A stretch of 64,000 nt of DNA from Chrysomallon squamiferum (lineage: Eukaryota > Animalia > Mollusca). Of the stretch, positions 60,740 through 64,000 are shown one piece after another (position 1 is the stretch's first letter; each line of letters begins with the position of its first letter). The notes beneath the pieces were generated by a model. It was not told the DNA's origin. It saw only the letters and a list, made by a program, of their open reading frames with translations, and made no database searches. Both the position numbers and the translations under genes were made by a program. The stretch covers positions 16,244,001 to 16,308,000 of the forward strand of contig CM022679.1 in the NCBI GenBank assembly GCA_012295275.1, written 5' to 3'.

Positions 60740-61030
60740 TCAAAGAATCAAACAGGATGGCCTAGTATTTTGTTTCTTCTTTGATCGCATATGACACCTA
60801 ACTGCCTCCTCAAATACAGTCCTCAAGTTCTCCTGAGTAAGGGCAGAACATTCTATATAACGAACAGCCTTGATCTCCTTGGCCAGATGCGCACCCTGAG
60901 CCGGAGTCACAGGATTCAATCGTTTTGCCTTAAGACGATCAACAGTTTCCTTGTCATTTCGAAGATCAAGTTTTGTTCCAACTAGAATACATGGCGTTCC
61001 TGGACAGTGATGTTTGAGTTCAGGAATCCA
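60740..61030 (-). CDS. RAC: Rac-like terminal exon
   Basis: [24 protein letters not shown]...[15 protein letters not shown]. Confidence 0.95.
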   Translation of the reverse strand, partial: WIPELKHHCPGTPCILVGTKLDLRNDKETVDRLKAKRLNPVTPAQGAHLAKEIKAVRYIECSALTQENLRTVFEEAVRCHMRSKKKQNTRPSCLIL

Positions 61031-63131
61031 CTGAAACCAGTGAGAAAAATGTAATATAATTTTAAAAATTTTAATTGGATAATTTTCAATTATTATTATT
61101 ACTACTACTAGATGTGTTATAAATATAAACCTAGTATAATTTTCATGCAAGTTAAACTAATTTACCTTGCCTCTCACGTTTTCATAACTAGCGGGACTCA
61201 CAATAGAAAAGCAGACAATAAATACATCCTGCAAATAAAAACAAAAAGCAAATACATTCACAGTCATTACATATAAACACAGATACACATGACTACATTG
61301 GGAGAGCATGAATGTCAATCTTTTTTTTTTCTTCACATTAATGTAGATGTTTTAGGCGAATATCAAATCTCCATTACTTTATTTATTAACATTCACTTAT
61401 ATTATTTGACATTATTAAAAAATAATAATAATAACTAAATAAACATAAAAAAAACCAAATACGTTTTTAAAAAAAAAAAAGTATTCTAATAAATAAAGAA
61501 ATAAATAAATAATAATAATAAATTTAAAAAAAAATTAAAATAAGTAAATACAATTTTTTTTTTTTTTTTTTTTATTTTTTTTTTTTTTTATATATATATT
61601 TTTTTAAAAAGGTGTCAGCTAGCCCAGGTCCTGACTTCAATTATTTACAGATGGCTGCTGTCAATGTTTTCTATTATTTACTATTAACATCAATCAGTGT
61701 TTCTGCTCTAGGCTCATTTTACGTGTAATGTGTGTCACAGGCCTTTCGGGCTTGTTTTATAATGATTAAAATATGTGAGATATATGACTTATAAGATAAC
61801 CGGCCATAACTAACTTCAATTATGACGGATAGGTAATGGATGAATAACAAGATATCTAAATAGGACTTTGTCGACTTATCTTTCTAACTGACCCAACTAC
61901 GTGTTAATGTAATGAAAGTTTCATAAATAATAATAATAAGAAGAAGATCGTTCTTGCAGTAGTAGTAGTAGTAGCAGTAATAGCAATAGTAACAAATAGT
62001 AGCGGCGGTAATAGAAACTACTAGCAGCAGCAGTAGGAGTAGTAATAGTAGGCTAGTAAAATGACAAATGCGTGCCAAAGGTGGACAGAGAAGCTGTAGT
62101 TCAATAGTTGGATGCTCTTCTGACACAATATTAGTGGTTCTTTGCCTTTCTTTTATTGATTATACCCGATTTAATAATCAAAGGTTGTTATGTGCACATA
62201 CACCCTCACACATGCATTTCCGCACTAGCACACAGAGACTAGTACAATATTAAACTTTCTCAAAATGTAACCGACGAAATAACAGAACACAAACCGTGTT
62301 TGGATAAGACAGAGGTCTCAGTCTGTCATAGTCTTCCTGTCCCGCCGTGTCCCATAAACCGAGATTTACTGGAATTCCGTCCACCACCAGGTTCGCGGAA
62401 TAGTTGTCGAATCTGAAAATAAAATCAGTTAAATCACTGAAGTGTACAGGTAACCAGCCTATATACATTCTGTAAACATACCAGTGATGATCTTTTCATG
62501 CCGCAGCCTATGGTAATAATAAATTTGTGTATAAAACGTTCATTTCTCAAAAAAACTAATAATAATAGTAATAATAATAAATACAAAATTTAAAAAGGAA
62601 GCTTACAGTTTTGTAACGATTTACTAATCATATGTTGATACATTAGTAAACGTTCGTAAAGTACCGGCAGAGTAACCAGTGCTGTGACATCCGTGAAATG
62701 ACATCACAAAATACCGTTAACGTAATAAGCAGAAACGATAAAACAAAGATACATATGTCACGACCAAATCGCGATAACCGATTAATAATTTAATTATATA
62801 TGTGTTGGGATATGTGTGTTCCATAGTTCGTATTTATGATACAAATGTCTGTCCATTATAATGAAATAAATTCAGATTTAAAACATTTTAATTGCATTTT
62901 TAATAAAATTTTACAATAATTGCTTTGTTGTTAAAATACATTTGAAAAAGTAAAAAAAAAAAAAAACATGATGATGAGAGAGATAGAATGAAAAAAGAAA
63001 AGAAAAAAATGTTTTTCCCCTAAACAGTAAAATAATAATTAAAAATGTACAATACTCACACTGTTGGTACATATTTATGTGGGAAGGAGTCTGTAGTGTA
63101 ACTTATTAATAAGCAAGTCTTCCCTACGGCA
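60740..63131 (-). CDS. RAC: Rac-like Rho-family small GTPase, 5'-partial (first exon not found in the window)
   Basis: Exons 63131-63060 (72 nt), 62412-62295 (118 nt), 61228-61166 (63 nt) and 61030-60740. The first three sizes match the Rac1 layout. Motifs [56 protein letters not shown], a polybasic tail and CAAX CLIL*. Confidence 0.93.
61166..61228 (-). CDS. RAC: Rac-like exon
   Basis: [21 protein letters not shown]. Confidence 0.93.
62295..62412 (-). CDS. RAC: Rac-like exon (switch II)
   Basis: [39 protein letters not shown]. Confidence 0.95.
63060..63131 (-). CDS. RAC: Rac-like exon (P-loop end, switch I)
   Basis: [24 protein letters not shown]; tttcag|...|gtgagt. Confidence 0.93.
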
Positions 63132-64000
63132 CTGAAATAAATAAAAATGATTACTACTACTACTGCTACCTCTACTACAACTGCTGCTACTACTACTATC
63201 ATCATCATTATTATTATTATTATACCTGATGTATTTATTTATTATATTAGTTTTATTTTGTTTTATCTAGATATTTACGCATATAATGTCTCCTCTGAAG
63301 ACACACACAAAAAACAACAAAAAAGAACATGTTGATAAGGAGGTCACTAATTTAGGTTATCTGCAGCGAAAGTATTTAATATCGTTTGGGATAAGTCGGG
63401 ATTCTGTGCCAATTAATATTATTGTTGTTGTCGTTGCTGCTGCTGCTGTTGTTGTCGTTTTTGTTATTTACGAATAGAAGCAAAAGCAAAAAAATGTATA
63501 ACCACCAAATTACTGTGTATTGATATATCAAGTGTTTCTGACATTTGCATTCATTCACTGAAGATTCAGCCAAACTGAACTTTGCCTTGTTTTTTAGTTC
63601 ATACATCTGTGACTGGACACACTGTTTAATGTTCATGTCTTTCCTGAGAACATAATTCAAGGTTGATGCATGTCTTCCATTGGCACTTAACCCAGAACGG
63701 GGTCATGTTGTCAAACAAAGCAGCTCATGCTTATTCATTCAAAGGCACAGTTTTACAAACTATCATAGGCTTGGCTCTTTCCTGTCTGTTTTATGATATT
63801 TGTTTTCCTCTCTGTATACATTGTCATTGCCTGCATGCATCTGAATCTTATTGTTCAGCATGTGGCTAATTGTTCTGGTGTTCCAAGCGGAAATACAGAA
63901 TGGTTAGAAATACAATAGCTATGCATGGTTGTGCGCGGGCTCACAAAATATATCTACACACCTATTGATAAACACACACAAAATTGATGGGTCAGTATTA

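Noticed and set aside
5030-63869. Numerous 60-97-aa ORFs rich in F/L/I/Y/K or homopolymers
   Set aside because: Products of AT-rich intron/UTR sequence and microsatellites, many with non-ATG starts and no splice or homology support
63135-64000. First coding exon of the Rac-like gene (expected ...KCVVVGDG)
   Set aside because: Not found on the minus strand in the remaining sequence; presumably lies beyond the window

Overview
AT-rich, intron-containing metazoan genomic DNA. The gene and repeat content suggests an invertebrate, possibly a mollusc or other lophotrochozoan (inference). Five spliced protein-coding genes can be built by hand with GT-AG introns and consistent phases. They are: the last two exons of a TET methylcytosine dioxygenase (+, 528-2909); a complete 8-exon SMN gene (-, 10429-15090, 277 aa); a complete 13-exon cytohesin ARF-GEF (-, 18428-38756, 399 aa); a complete AATK/LMTK-family transmembrane kinase (+, 40941-48651, 1102 aa), head-to-head with cytohesin; and a Rac-like Rho GTPase lacking its first exon (-, 60740-63131). 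Mobile DNA comprises a decayed RNase H-bearing LINE 3' end, a hAT-type MITE, a TTAA-flanked Kolobok-like MITE with an internal 32-bp hairpin, and a Tigger/pogo deletion derivative. There are also mini- and microsatellites. Four observations stand out. (1) An in-frame 15-nt microexon candidate, plus weaker neighbours, lies at the cytohesin PH-domain position where vertebrates have the 3-nt 2G/3G lipid-specificity switch. (2) The LMTK has a catalytic-loop Asn->Ser and an alphaC Glu->Asp change (possible pseudokinase), and its tail carries AP-1/GGA- and kinesin-light-chain-like motifs. (3) The CYTH-LMTK-RAC block mirrors paralogous linkages in human. (4) The SMN exon layout matches human one-to-one. 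Most short ORFs in the supplied track are spurious.
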